DNA of 64,000 nucleotides, taken from contig NZ_CAXVYT010000026.1 of assembly GCF_963422545.2 (NCBI RefSeq), forward strand, positions 11,844 through 75,843, given 5' to 3'. Below, in pieces: positions 16,115 through 24,662 of the stretch (the first letter of the stretch is position 1; each line of letters opens with the position of its first letter). A program made the translations under genes and the position numbers. Below the pieces are notes generated by a model. It saw only the letters and a list, made by a program, of their open reading frames with translations. It ran no database searches and was not told where the DNA came from. This DNA is from an uncultured Flavobacterium sp. (GTDB taxonomy: Bacteria > Bacteroidota > Bacteroidia > Flavobacteriales > Flavobacteriaceae).

Positions 16115-16199
16115 GTCATTGCGAGGAACGAAGCAATCTCGCTGCAAAGAAACGTTGGTTAATTTAATGAAGTGTGGTTGCTTCGTTCCTCGCAATGAC
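16115..16199. repeat. REP-like inverted pair of the 24-nt unit
   Basis: 'gtcattgcgaggaacgaagcaatc' (16115-16138) and 'ggttgcttcgttcctcgcaatgac' (16176-16199) are separated by a 37-nt spacer. They lie between convergent genes. Confidence 0.9.
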
Positions 16200-16249
16200 A
16201 AGATTGTCCTTATTCACTGGAGACTGCCACTGAACACTGAGACTAAAAA

Positions 16250-16912
16250 CTACTTCTCAAAAGCATAAACCAAAGTAAAATCCTGTCCTGAAGTACTAGA
16301 TTTTATTTCTTCATAATGCACATCAAATTCTATTACCAAATCATTAAAATGAAGGCTTGCCTGGGTTTGATTTTTGTCTAAAGAGAAAGCGTCAATGCTA
16401 ATATGATCTTTAAAACTGATTCCTTTTTCGTTTCTGATTTTAAAGATGGCTTCTTTTGCTCCCCAGATTACTGTAAGCTCCCTAATATAATCGGCACCGT
16501 TTTGAATTCCGGAATTTCGGGATAAATAACTATTTTCTGTGTCGACAAACTTATCGGCAATTCTAAGAATTTTTTCGCGTTGTAATTCCATATCGATTCC
16601 CACCGTTTCGTCGCTAATTATAATAGCCGCAAAATCATGCGAATGCGTAATCGAAATATAATTATGACAATCAAAATAGGGTTTCCCAAACTCGTCATAA
16701 TGCAATTCATGATCTGTAAAACCCATTTCCTGTATTAACATACGAACGCTCAAAAAGGCACGCTGATGCATTTGTGACTTCATACCGTTTAGACGAAGCT
16801 GCGTTTTTTCTTTCAAAACTACTTTGCTTAATAACTCCTCAAAAGATTCGGTTATTTGCCAAACTAAGATTTTGGTAGTTTCGTTGAATTGTATGGTTTG
16901 AAATAAAGGCAT
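16250..16912 (-). CDS. 4'-phosphopantetheinyl transferase (Sfp-type)
   Basis: The motifs 'VGIDME' and 'WGAKEAIFK' are present. Confidence 0.82.
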   Translation of the reverse strand: MPLFQTIQFNETTKILVWQITESFEELLSKVVLKEKTQLRLNGMKSQMHQRAFLSVRMLIQEMGFTDHELHYDEFGKPYFDCHNYISITHSHDFAAIIISDETVGIDMELQREKILRIADKFVDTENSYLSRNSGIQNGADYIRELTVIWGAKEAIFKIRNEKGISFKDHISIDAFSLDKNQTQASLHFNDLVIEFDVHYEEIKSSTSGQDFTLVYAFEK

Positions 16913-17089
16913 GCTTTTCTAATTATGAATGATTAATGATGTTAAATCAAAGAATATAATATTATATTCTAATTTAAACCATATATGTGATATAAATTCA
17001 TATATCTTTAGTTTTTTTATTGTATTTTATTATGTAACAAAAATATTTTATTATGATTTTACAGTAATCAAATTTTAGAATCTTTATTT

Positions 17090-17890
17090 TTATAACATTT
17101 CAGCTAATTTCACAATTAACCATGCCAACGGAATAAAAATAAATTGTCCCAAAATGGTTCCAAAAATACGTGCAATTATAACAAAAGTTAGATGTCTTCT
17201 AAAAAATGATTCGGTTACAGAACCGTCTATAACTTTGTCTGTTAAAGTTGCATGATATGGCTCTATAAACAACATCATACCAATAGAGCCTAAGCTAACG
17301 GCAACACCACTCATTGACAATGATGTAGTTCTTAAATTTGGATTTAAATAGCCTGCATATAAACATGATAATACACTTACTGTAATAAAAGCGTATACCA
17401 CAACGTTCAGTAACACTAATTCTATATATATATCTTTAAATTTATTTAATCGATCAAAATTAGATTTCTTTGGTATTGTACAACTATTTTTAAAATGAAT
17501 AACTGTAGACAAACTAAACGATTTAATTACTACCAAAAAAACTGAGCGATTATTATATAATGCATTTACACCTTTTTCCATAAATCTGTGAATTGTTGGA
17601 ATCAATAAACCTCCCAAAACACTTCCAATTGTAGCAGAAAAGATAATATATCTAAAGATTGAAAGATCTGGCGAGTTTCCAAGATTGATATTATTTTCGA
17701 CCGTTTTTGTCAACAAAGGAGCTTGTATTGTATTTGAAAATTGTGATATGATAATTATTATATTAAAAATAGAAGCAGAAGAGGCAATTCTCCTGGTCCT
17801 TGTTCCAACAATCTTAGCCGATAAACTAATAATCCCTATAAAATGAATTATCAAAGTAAGTATGCAAACTATTAAAATATTAGCTGTCAT
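17090..17890 (-). CDS. polytopic membrane protein resembling lipid II flippase Amj (DUF2837)
   Basis: It is 266 aa with about 8 hydrophobic segments. The N-terminus 'IHFIGIISLSAKIVGTRTRRIASSASIFNIIIIISQFSNTIQAPLL' matches my recollection of the Amj/DUF2837 signature. This needs HMM confirmation. Confidence 0.5.
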   Translation of the reverse strand: MTANILIVCILTLIIHFIGIISLSAKIVGTRTRRIASSASIFNIIIIISQFSNTIQAPLLTKTVENNINLGNSPDLSIFRYIIFSATIGSVLGGLLIPTIHRFMEKGVNALYNNRSVFLVVIKSFSLSTVIHFKNSCTIPKKSNFDRLNKFKDIYIELVLLNVVVYAFITVSVLSCLYAGYLNPNLRTTSLSMSGVAVSLGSIGMMLFIEPYHATLTDKVIDGSVTESFFRRHLTFVIIARIFGTILGQFIFIPLAWLIVKLAEML

Positions 17891-17936
17891 ATTATTTCTT
17901 GCAATTATTAATTTATATTATTAAAAGAATTTTGCA

Positions 17937-19010
17937 TTATTTTTTTAAACAATACTTTAAAAAAGCATACAATTTAAGAAATTTCGATTTTAAACGAAGC
18001 TTCGTTAAATTTACTATTATACACTTATATATAAATATATATTGAAAAAATGGAGAATTATATTTTCCTCTTATTTGATTTTTAAAATCTATTATCACAT
18101 CTGAGTAAATCTCTTCTAATTGTGAAACAACCGAAAGAAAATTAGACTCTTTAATAATATATTCAGAAACTTTAATTGTATCGCAAAAATCATATTTATT
18201 AATCTCTACAATCAGATTATTTTTTGTCGGGATATTCGTCATGAGTTTCATTCCAAAATTAAAATCTCTAAAATGTTTCATATTAGAACTTGTAACCATA
18301 CCTCCTAATCCTCTAAAATCACAAACAATTACAGCGGCTCCTGTTGCCATAGCTTCTATTGCTGCTTTTGCTTTCGCAAACACCAAATCATATTCATTAA
18401 GTATTTTTTCAGGCTGCAGACAAATATTCCCACTTGAATAACCTATTATTTCAACTTCAACTCCAAGCTCTTTACAAGCCTCTTTTATTTGAGGATAAAT
18501 ATTATTATCATTCAAATAATTAGAAAAAACCAATGCCTTTTTTGGTTGTTTATTAATATTTTCTTTCAAACGAAATCGGTCTGTATTTACCCAATTATAA
18601 ACAATTTCCACATCCTCTTCTTTAAAATTATTTTCTAAACAATATCGTTCTTTACAATTATAATCAACAGCTACATATCTAAGAATATTCTTATGTATAT
18701 ATGGATGATCAAATATAAAAGTCCTATCATGAATAAAATAAACTACAGGGGTAAATTTAAAAAAACTTATTGCTTTAAGTGCGGTAATATTGTGATGTGC
18801 ATGAATAATATCAGGAATTAGCTTTAACTTTTTTAAATTAGAAGTAACGTTAATTCCTTTTTCTATCAACTCCTTCGACAAATTACCCATTCTCAATGTG
18901 AAAATTTCTACTAAATGCCCTCTGTTGACGAGTTCAATTGCTAATTCTTTTACATATGTTTCTGTTCCGGTGTATTCAGAAATAGCAATGTTTGTGATTA
19001 ATACATTCAT
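17937..19010 (-). CDS. GT-B glycosyltransferase, family 4 (Glycos_transf_1)
   Basis: The C-terminal-domain motif 'AKAKAAIEAMATGAAVIVCDFRGLGGMV' is present. Its ATG directly abuts the upstream stop. Confidence 0.78.
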   Translation of the reverse strand: MNVLITNIAISEYTGTETYVKELAIELVNRGHLVEIFTLRMGNLSKELIEKGINVTSNLKKLKLIPDIIHAHHNITALKAISFFKFTPVVYFIHDRTFIFDHPYIHKNILRYVAVDYNCKERYCLENNFKEEDVEIVYNWVNTDRFRLKENINKQPKKALVFSNYLNDNNIYPQIKEACKELGVEVEIIGYSSGNICLQPEKILNEYDLVFAKAKAAIEAMATGAAVIVCDFRGLGGMVTSSNMKHFRDFNFGMKLMTNIPTKNNLIVEINKYDFCDTIKVSEYIIKESNFLSVVSQLEEIYSDVIIDFKNQIRGKYNSPFFQYIFIYKCIIVNLTKLRLKSKFLKLYAFLKYCLKK

Positions 19011-19790
19011 TTATACTAAATTATCATTAATACCCAAACACAATTCAGCAATAGGTTTAATATGTTTTTCAAAAGTTATAACAGTAGAGTACGATCCCTC
19101 TTTCACTCTTTTTTCTCCAAACTGCTCGTAGTAAGGTTTTGAAGTATTCCAGTTTGAAATTTGACTAAGATCTGACACCTTTCCAAATGATTCCCACAAA
19201 AAGACTTCTTTCCCATATTTCTTAACAGCCGTTTCAACTTCATATTTTAACTCCGGATAATTCATTGCCGCTTCCATTTTCATATAAAATTCTTCGTCAG
19301 AAAGCCTCAGAGACAGTCCTCCTATATTATTATCAATTGAAATGTTATTTGGTGCAGAGTCTAATACAAAATCATAATTTAAGATTTCTTTTGAACTATC
19401 ATCAGAAGATATCGCTGAAAGAATCCCGTTGATCAAATACCTGCAAATATCATGAGTAGGATTAAATCCTTCTAAAGCATCACCTACAATTACATCATAA
19501 TTATTTGTAATAATGAGATTCTTCAAGCTATTCATATATGATGATATCTCAGACAAATCTTGCTCTAAAACTATATTATATAATTCCTTATCTGTAAATA
19601 CTTTTATAGAATCTTGAAATTTCGCCCCTATTGAATCTAGTAATTTTATAGATTGATGAATTCTTGAAGCATTACTTGAGCCAGAGCCATCAGTTAAAAT
19701 AAATACATCTGGTTTGTATTTTTTTATATATGTATATGCTCTTAGTTCATGTCCGGGATGGCCAATTATTAATGCTGTTTTTGTTTTCAT
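19011..19790 (-). CDS. PIG-L/LmbE-like de-N-acetylase with non-canonical metal motif
   Basis: 'ALIIGHPGHELRAY...VFILTDGSGS...GFNPTHD' aligns to the PIG-L pattern 'AHPDDE...TdG...HpDH'. The motif DD is replaced by GH. Confidence 0.55.
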   Translation of the reverse strand: MKTKTALIIGHPGHELRAYTYIKKYKPDVFILTDGSGSSNASRIHQSIKLLDSIGAKFQDSIKVFTDKELYNIVLEQDLSEISSYMNSLKNLIITNNYDVIVGDALEGFNPTHDICRYLINGILSAISSDDSSKEILNYDFVLDSAPNNISIDNNIGGLSLRLSDEEFYMKMEAAMNYPELKYEVETAVKKYGKEVFLWESFGKVSDLSQISNWNTSKPYYEQFGEKRVKEGSYSTVITFEKHIKPIAELCLGINDNLV

Positions 19791-20142
19791 TTTTTTCCTA
19801 AAATTGTTAAATCAATGATTTAATTCATAGCGCAAGATAGTAATTATAGAATACTATGAAAAAAAAATACAAAATACCAAAACAACTTCTTTCCATAAAA
19901 ATAATACAACAATAAAATCTAAATCACCAAAAAGATGTCTAATACTATATTAAAAAAACGAAAGACTAGTATAAAAAAACAGATTACAAAAATCCTAATT
20001 TATAAACTGATAGAATTAAAAAGGATTTCATCAAAAGAGGAATTAACTTCTAAAAGCTATACCTAACTAACATTCTAAAGATTAAGAAATTAAACATTTC
20101 ACAAATCTTACAGAAAGTAGTCAAAATTAAAAAGCTATTCCG

Positions 20143-20150
20143 TAAATTTG
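20143..20150 (+). promoter_or_regulatory. -7 promoter box TAnnTTTG
   Basis: 'taaatttg' lies 34 nt upstream of the ahcY ATG at 20184. Confidence 0.5.
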
Positions 20151-20183
20151 CAAAAATTTTACAATATACAAATATACTATATA

Positions 20184-21500
20184 ATGAGTACTACAACTAC
20201 GCCTTTTGTGGCTTTCAAAGTAAAAGACATTTCTCTAGCGGCTTGGGGAAGAAAAGAAATTGAACTAGCTGAAGCTGAAATGCCAGGTTTAATGGCGCTT
20301 CGTGCTGAATATAAAGACGAACAACCTCTTAAAGGTGCTCGTATCGCTGGATGTTTGCACATGACGATTCAGACTGCTGTTTTGATCGAAACTTTAATCG
20401 CTCTTGGTGCTGAGGTTACTTGGTCTTCTTGTAACATTTTCTCTACTCAGGATCAGGCTGCTGCTGCTATTGCTGCTGCCGGAATTCAGGTTTATGCATG
20501 GAAAGGTCTTGATGAGCAATCATTTGACTGGTGTATTGAGCAAACTTTATTCTTTGGTGAGGACAGAAAACCATTGAACATGATTCTTGATGACGGTGGA
20601 GATTTAACAAACATGGTTATTGACCGTTTCCCGGAATTAGTTCCTGGAATCAAAGGATTGTCTGAAGAAACTACAACTGGAGTTCACAGACTTTACGAAA
20701 GAGTAAAAGCCGGAACTTTACCAATGCCTGCAATCAACATTAACGACTCTGTTACTAAATCGAAATTTGATAACAAATACGGTTGTAAAGAATCTGCTGT
20801 AGATGCAGTTCGTCGTGCAACTGACTTAATGTTAGCTGGAAAAAGAGTTATCGTTTGTGGATACGGTGATGTTGGAAAAGGAACTGCAGCTTCTTTTAGA
20901 GGTGCTGGATCTATTGTAACTGTTACTGAAATTGACCCAATTTGTGCTTTACAAGCTGCAATGGACGGTTATGAAGTTAAAAAATTAAACACTGTAATTG
21001 CTAATGCTGATATCATCATTACAACTACAGGAAATAAAGATATCGTTCTTGGAAGTCATTTCGAGCAAATGAAAGACAAAACTGTTGTTTGTAACATCGG
21101 ACACTTTGATAACGAAATTGATATGGCTTGGTTGAACAAAAACCACGGTGCATCAAAAATCGAAATCAAACCACAAGTTGACAAATATACTATCGCTGGA
21201 AAAGATATCATCATTCTTGCTGAAGGTCGTTTAGTAAACCTTGGTTGTGCTACAGGTCACCCAAGTTTTGTAATGAGTAACTCATTTACAAACCAAACTT
21301 TAGCGCAAATCGAATTATGGAATAACAGCGCTGCTTACAACAATGACGTTTATATGTTACCAAAACATTTAGATGAAAAAGTTGCTGCTTTGCACTTAGC
21401 TAAATTAGGAGTTGAATTGGAAACTTTACGTGACGATCAAGCTGCTTATATTGGTGTTCCAGTTGAAGGTCCATTCAAACCAGAATACTACAGATACTAG
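20184..21500 (+). CDS. ahcY: adenosylhomocysteinase
   Basis: It has the NAD-binding motif '[10 protein letters not shown]' and full-length AhcY similarity. I place the start at MSTTTTPF, since the ORF start at 20148 overlaps the promoter box. Confidence 0.95.
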   Translation: MSTTTTPFVAFKVKDISLAAWGRKEIELAEAEMPGLMALRAEYKDEQPLKGARIAGCLHMTIQTAVLIETLIALGAEVTWSSCNIFSTQDQAAAAIAAAGIQVYAWKGLDEQSFDWCIEQTLFFGEDRKPLNMILDDGGDLTNMVIDRFPELVPGIKGLSEETTTGVHRLYERVKAGTLPMPAININDSVTKSKFDNKYGCKESAVDAVRRATDLMLAGKRVIVCGYGDVGKGTAASFRGAGSIVTVTEIDPICALQAAMDGYEVKKLNTVIANADIIITTTGNKDIVLGSHFEQMKDKTVVCNIGHFDNEIDMAWLNKNHGASKIEIKPQVDKYTIAGKDIIILAEGRLVNLGCATGHPSFVMSNSFTNQTLAQIELWNNSAAYNNDVYMLPKHLDEKVAALHLAKLGVELETLRDDQAAYIGVPVEGPFKPEYYRY

Positions 21501-21552
21501 TAAATTTTAGATTGAAGATTTCTGATTTTAGATTTCTTCGATTACATATTTC

Positions 21553-21585
21553 AAACCCGATAGATTTTAAAAATCTGTCGGGTTT
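21553..21585 (+). terminator. hairpin of the AAACCCGACAGGTTT family (variant) after ahcY
   Basis: 'aaacccgatagattt' pairs with 'aaatctgtcgggttt' and is followed by 'tgtttt'. Confidence 0.7.
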
Positions 21586-21602
21586 TGTTTTATAAGAAAG
21601 AC

Positions 21603-21610
21603 TAACTTTG
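21603..21610 (+). promoter_or_regulatory. -7 promoter box TAnnTTTG
   Basis: 'taactttg' lies 16 nt upstream of the ATG at 21626. Confidence 0.45.
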
Positions 21611-21625
21611 TAAAAACCGTGAAAT

Positions 21626-21958
21626 ATGAAAAACTTCTTCTTTTTAGGAATTGCTATTATATTCGAAATCATTGCAACATCGGCATTAAAAAAATCCGAA
21701 CAATTTACACAACTTATTCCCAGCATTGTTACGATTGTGGGGTATTTTGCCGCATTTTACTTTTTGAGTTTTGCTATTAGAACTATTCCCGTTGGGATTG
21801 CTTATGCAATTTGGTCTGGTGTTGGGATTGTGTTAATTACTATTATTGGAGCCGTTTTTTTCAAACAAATTCCAGATTTACCTGCTATTATTGGATTAAC
21901 TTTGATTGTAATTGGCGTTGCAGTAATTAATCTTTTTTCTAAAACTACAGTGCATTAA
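21626..21958 (+). CDS. SMR-family (EmrE/QacE-like) multidrug efflux protein
   Basis: It is 110 aa with 4 TM segments and the conserved membrane Glu in 'IIFEIIATS'. Confidence 0.88.
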   Translation: MKNFFFLGIAIIFEIIATSALKKSEQFTQLIPSIVTIVGYFAAFYFLSFAIRTIPVGIAYAIWSGVGIVLITIIGAVFFKQIPDLPAIIGLTLIVIGVAVINLFSKTTVH

Positions 21959-21969
21959 TTTCGAATCTA

Positions 21970-22437
21970 ATGGATATAAATTTCAGAAAAGCGACAATTT
22001 CAGACCTGAAAGAAATGCAGGAATTGTATATCGGAACGATTCAAGAAGTTTGCAAAAATGATTATAATTTGGCTCAAATTGAAGTCTGGAGTTCCGGAGT
22101 TCAAAATACAGAACGTTGGCTTGATGTTATTAATACGCAGTTTGTTTTACTGGCTGTTATCGAAAATAAAATCACAGGTTTCGGAACTTTAAAAGACGCA
22201 AATTATATTGATTTCTTTTACGTTCACAAAGATTTTCAAAAACAAGGAATCGCCAATAAAATCTTAACCAAATTAGAACTTGAAGCGAAGAATCAGCATT
22301 CAAAAATTATAAATTCTGATATCAGCATAACTGCAAAACCATTTTTTGAAAAGAAAGATTTTATTGTTAAAGCCGAACAAAGAAACATAAGATTAGGTGT
22401 TGAGCTTATTAATTATAAAATGGAAAAGAAGTTATAG
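21970..22437 (+). CDS. GNAT family N-acetyltransferase
   Basis: It has the acetyl-CoA motif 'VHKDFQKQGIANKIL'. Confidence 0.82.
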   Translation: MDINFRKATISDLKEMQELYIGTIQEVCKNDYNLAQIEVWSSGVQNTERWLDVINTQFVLLAVIENKITGFGTLKDANYIDFFYVHKDFQKQGIANKILTKLELEAKNQHSKIINSDISITAKPFFEKKDFIVKAEQRNIRLGVELINYKMEKKL

Positions 22438-22444
22438 CATCAAT

Positions 22445-22487
22445 TGTTTCAGGTTTCAAGTTGTTACAGAACTTGAAACCTGAAACA
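22445..22487 (+). terminator. perfect 18-bp stem hairpin after the GNAT gene
   Basis: 'tgtttcaggtttcaagtt' pairs with 'aacttgaaacctgaaaca' around a 7-nt loop. There is no T-tract. Confidence 0.6.
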
Positions 22488-22559
22488 AACAGCGACACTT
22501 CCGCAAGTTTCGGATTTTATACCCGCAAAAACCAATCGATATTTGCATTATAAAATTGA

Positions 22560-23411
22560 ATGAAAATGAACACACAGGAAAACATCAATTATAACCGAAT
22601 TGCAGATGCGATTGATTATATCAAAACCAACTTTAAAACGCAACCTAATCTTGATGAAGTTGCCGAAAAAGTCCATTTAAGTCCGTTTCACTTTCAGCGT
22701 TTGTTTACAGAATGGGCAGGAACAAGTCCGAAGAAGTTTTTGCAATATATTAGTGTTGAACACGCCAAAAAAATTCTGAAAGAAGACAATCAGGCCACCT
22801 TATTTGACGCCGCTTTTGACACGGGACTTTCCGGAACAAGCCGACTTCATGATTTGTTTGTAAACATCGAAGGAATGACTCCCGCCGAATATAAAAATGG
22901 CGGTAAAAATTTAGAAATCAATTTCAGCTTTGCCGAGAGTCCGTTTGGGAATATCATTGTTGCTTCTACCCAAAAAGGCGTTTGTTTTATGGCTTTCGCC
23001 GAAAGCGAAGAAATTGGATTTGAAGATTTAAAACATAAATTCCCTAATGCAACTTTCACCCGAAAACTGGATTTAATGCAACAAAATGCTTTATTCATTT
23101 TTCAGAACGACTGGAGCAAATTATCTGAAATAAAACTGCATTTAAAAGGAACTGATTTCCAGTTGAAAGTTTGGGAAACCTTACTCAAAATTCCAATGGG
23201 ACAATTGTCTACTTACGGATCAATCGCACAACAAATCGAGAAACCAAATGCTTCACGTGCTGTCGGAACTGCAATTGGCAGTAATCCTGTTGCCTTTTTA
23301 ATTCCGTGTCACCGCGTTATTCAATCTACCGGAACCTTTGGTGGTTATATGTGGGGAAATACCCGAAAAACAGCCATTATTGGGTGGGAAGGTGCGCAGT
23401 TAAATCCATAA
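22560..23411 (+). CDS. AraC-type HTH fused to O6-methylguanine-DNA methyltransferase (Ada C-terminal half; lacks N-Ada zinc domain)
   Basis: It has the HTH 'LSPFHFQRLF' and the MGMT active site 'LIPCHRVI'. Confidence 0.88.
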   Translation: MKMNTQENINYNRIADAIDYIKTNFKTQPNLDEVAEKVHLSPFHFQRLFTEWAGTSPKKFLQYISVEHAKKILKEDNQATLFDAAFDTGLSGTSRLHDLFVNIEGMTPAEYKNGGKNLEINFSFAESPFGNIIVASTQKGVCFMAFAESEEIGFEDLKHKFPNATFTRKLDLMQQNALFIFQNDWSKLSEIKLHLKGTDFQLKVWETLLKIPMGQLSTYGSIAQQIEKPNASRAVGTAIGSNPVAFLIPCHRVIQSTGTFGGYMWGNTRKTAIIGWEGAQLNP

Positions 23412-23535
23412 TTTTTTCAGCCACGACCCGAGCGATAGCGAACGGACGAAGTAATTCACGAATTATTTTTTTTTATTTTGAAAAAATCTACACTGCAGAA
23501 TTAGTTTAATTCGCGAATTCCTGGCGGAAAAAAAA
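23412..23535. repeat. degenerate copy (with about 27-nt insertion) of the CGCCACGAATTCACGAATTA hairpin element
   Basis: It reads 'ttttttcagccacga[cccgagcgatagcgaacggacgaagta]attcacgaatta...aatcta...gaattagtttaattcgcgaattcctggcggaaaaaaaa'. It ends 20 nt before the ATG at 23555. Confidence 0.75.
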
Positions 23536-23554
23536 TCTAAATCTAAAAATTCTT

Positions 23555-24268
23555 ATGCAAAATATACAATCAAAAATTGCTTCTCTTAATTGGGACAGCA
23601 TCACCGAATCTATGCACGAAAATGGATTCGCAATTATTCCAAAAGTGCTTAATAACGAACAATGCGAAGATTTAAAATTCGATTATGATAATCCAAATTT
23701 ATACCGAAAAACGGTTGTAATGGAACGTTATCGGTTTGGTTTGGGCGAATACAAATATTTTAATTATCCGTTGCCTGATTTAATTCAAAACATTCGTTCG
23801 GCCATTTATCCAAAATTGGCACCAATTGCAAATGCATGGATGAAAGTTCTAAATATCAACACTACTTTTCCTGAAACTCACGCAAAATTGTTAGAAGAAT
23901 GTCACGCAAATAATCAGCTAAAAGCAACGGTTTTAATTTTAAAATATGGTAAAAGTGGTTTTAATACTTTGCATCAGGATTTATATGGCGATATATATTT
24001 CCCTATTCAAATCGTGATTTTTCTCAACGAACCTGATGAAGATTTTACCGGTGGCGAATTTGTTTTAACGCAACAAACGCCCAGAGCGCAATCGAAGGCA
24101 ATTGTGTTGAAACCTAAAAAGGGAGATATTTTAGTTTTTACAACAAATTTTAGACCTGTAAAAGGTACAAAAGGTTATTATCGTGTGAATATGAAACATG
24201 GCGTAAGCGAAATTCATTCGGGTGAACGACATACATTGGGGATTATTTTTCATGATGCACTTTCGTAA
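23555..24268 (+). CDS. Fe(II)/2-oxoglutarate-dependent oxygenase (prolyl-hydroxylase-like), not AlkB
   Basis: It has the HxD motif 'LHQDLYGD', a distal His in 'GVSEIHSG' and 'GGEFVL'. Confidence 0.72.
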   Translation: MQNIQSKIASLNWDSITESMHENGFAIIPKVLNNEQCEDLKFDYDNPNLYRKTVVMERYRFGLGEYKYFNYPLPDLIQNIRSAIYPKLAPIANAWMKVLNINTTFPETHAKLLEECHANNQLKATVLILKYGKSGFNTLHQDLYGDIYFPIQIVIFLNEPDEDFTGGEFVLTQQTPRAQSKAIVLKPKKGDILVFTTNFRPVKGTKGYYRVNMKHGVSEIHSGERHTLGIIFHDALS

Positions 24269-24273
24269 ATAAC

Positions 24274-24358
24274 TTTTTTTTCGCCACGAATTCACGAATT
24301 ATTTTTAAAATCTATGCGAATAGAATTAGTTTAATTCGTGAATTCGTGGCGAAAAAAA
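24274..24358. repeat. intact copy of the CGCCACGAATTCACGAATTA hairpin element
   Basis: The perfect 20-nt arms at 24282-24301 ('cgccacgaattcacgaatta') and 24332-24351 ('taattcgtgaattcgtggcg') are flanked by T8 and A7 runs. It starts 6 nt after the stop at 24268. Confidence 0.88.
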
Positions 24359-24416
24359 CTCAAAACGTTAGACGCACTGCAGTGCATCTCTACAATAAAA
24401 TATCTATAAAAACAAT

Positions 24417-24662
24417 ATGATTCAACACAACAAAATTCTTGATTCAGATCTACGAAATAAAATTAAAAATGCAGAAATTTGTTTTGGTGGAAACCGAAAA
24501 CTAAAAATCTACGGAACTTTAAAATGTTCTTCGGGCAAAAGAATGAAACGTGAAAACCGAGTTTTCTTTTTATCTGAAAATGAAGCCAAACAAAATGGTT
24601 TCAGACCATGCGGACATTGCATGAAAACCGAATATCAAAACTGGAAAAATGGACTTATTTAA
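24417..24662 (+). CDS. stand-alone Ada N-terminal zinc (methylphosphotriester) domain protein
   Basis: It is 81 aa with 'VFFLSENEAKQNGFRPCGHC', matching the Ada_Zn_binding pattern. It overlaps alkB by 14 nt. Confidence 0.75.
   Translation: MIQHNKILDSDLRNKIKNAEICFGGNRKLKIYGTLKCSSGKRMKRENRVFFLSENEAKQNGFRPCGHCMKTEYQNWKNGLI

Noticed and set aside
19791-20183. A possible SAH/SAM-type riboswitch or small ORF (MKKKIQNTKTT..., 19857-19955) in the long leader upstream of ahcY.
   Set aside because: The region is A-rich and has no GC-containing conserved helices resembling any riboswitch I know. The 32-codon ORF is poly-Lys/Asn low complexity, as expected from A-runs. Only the -7 box at 20143-20150 is retained as a feature.
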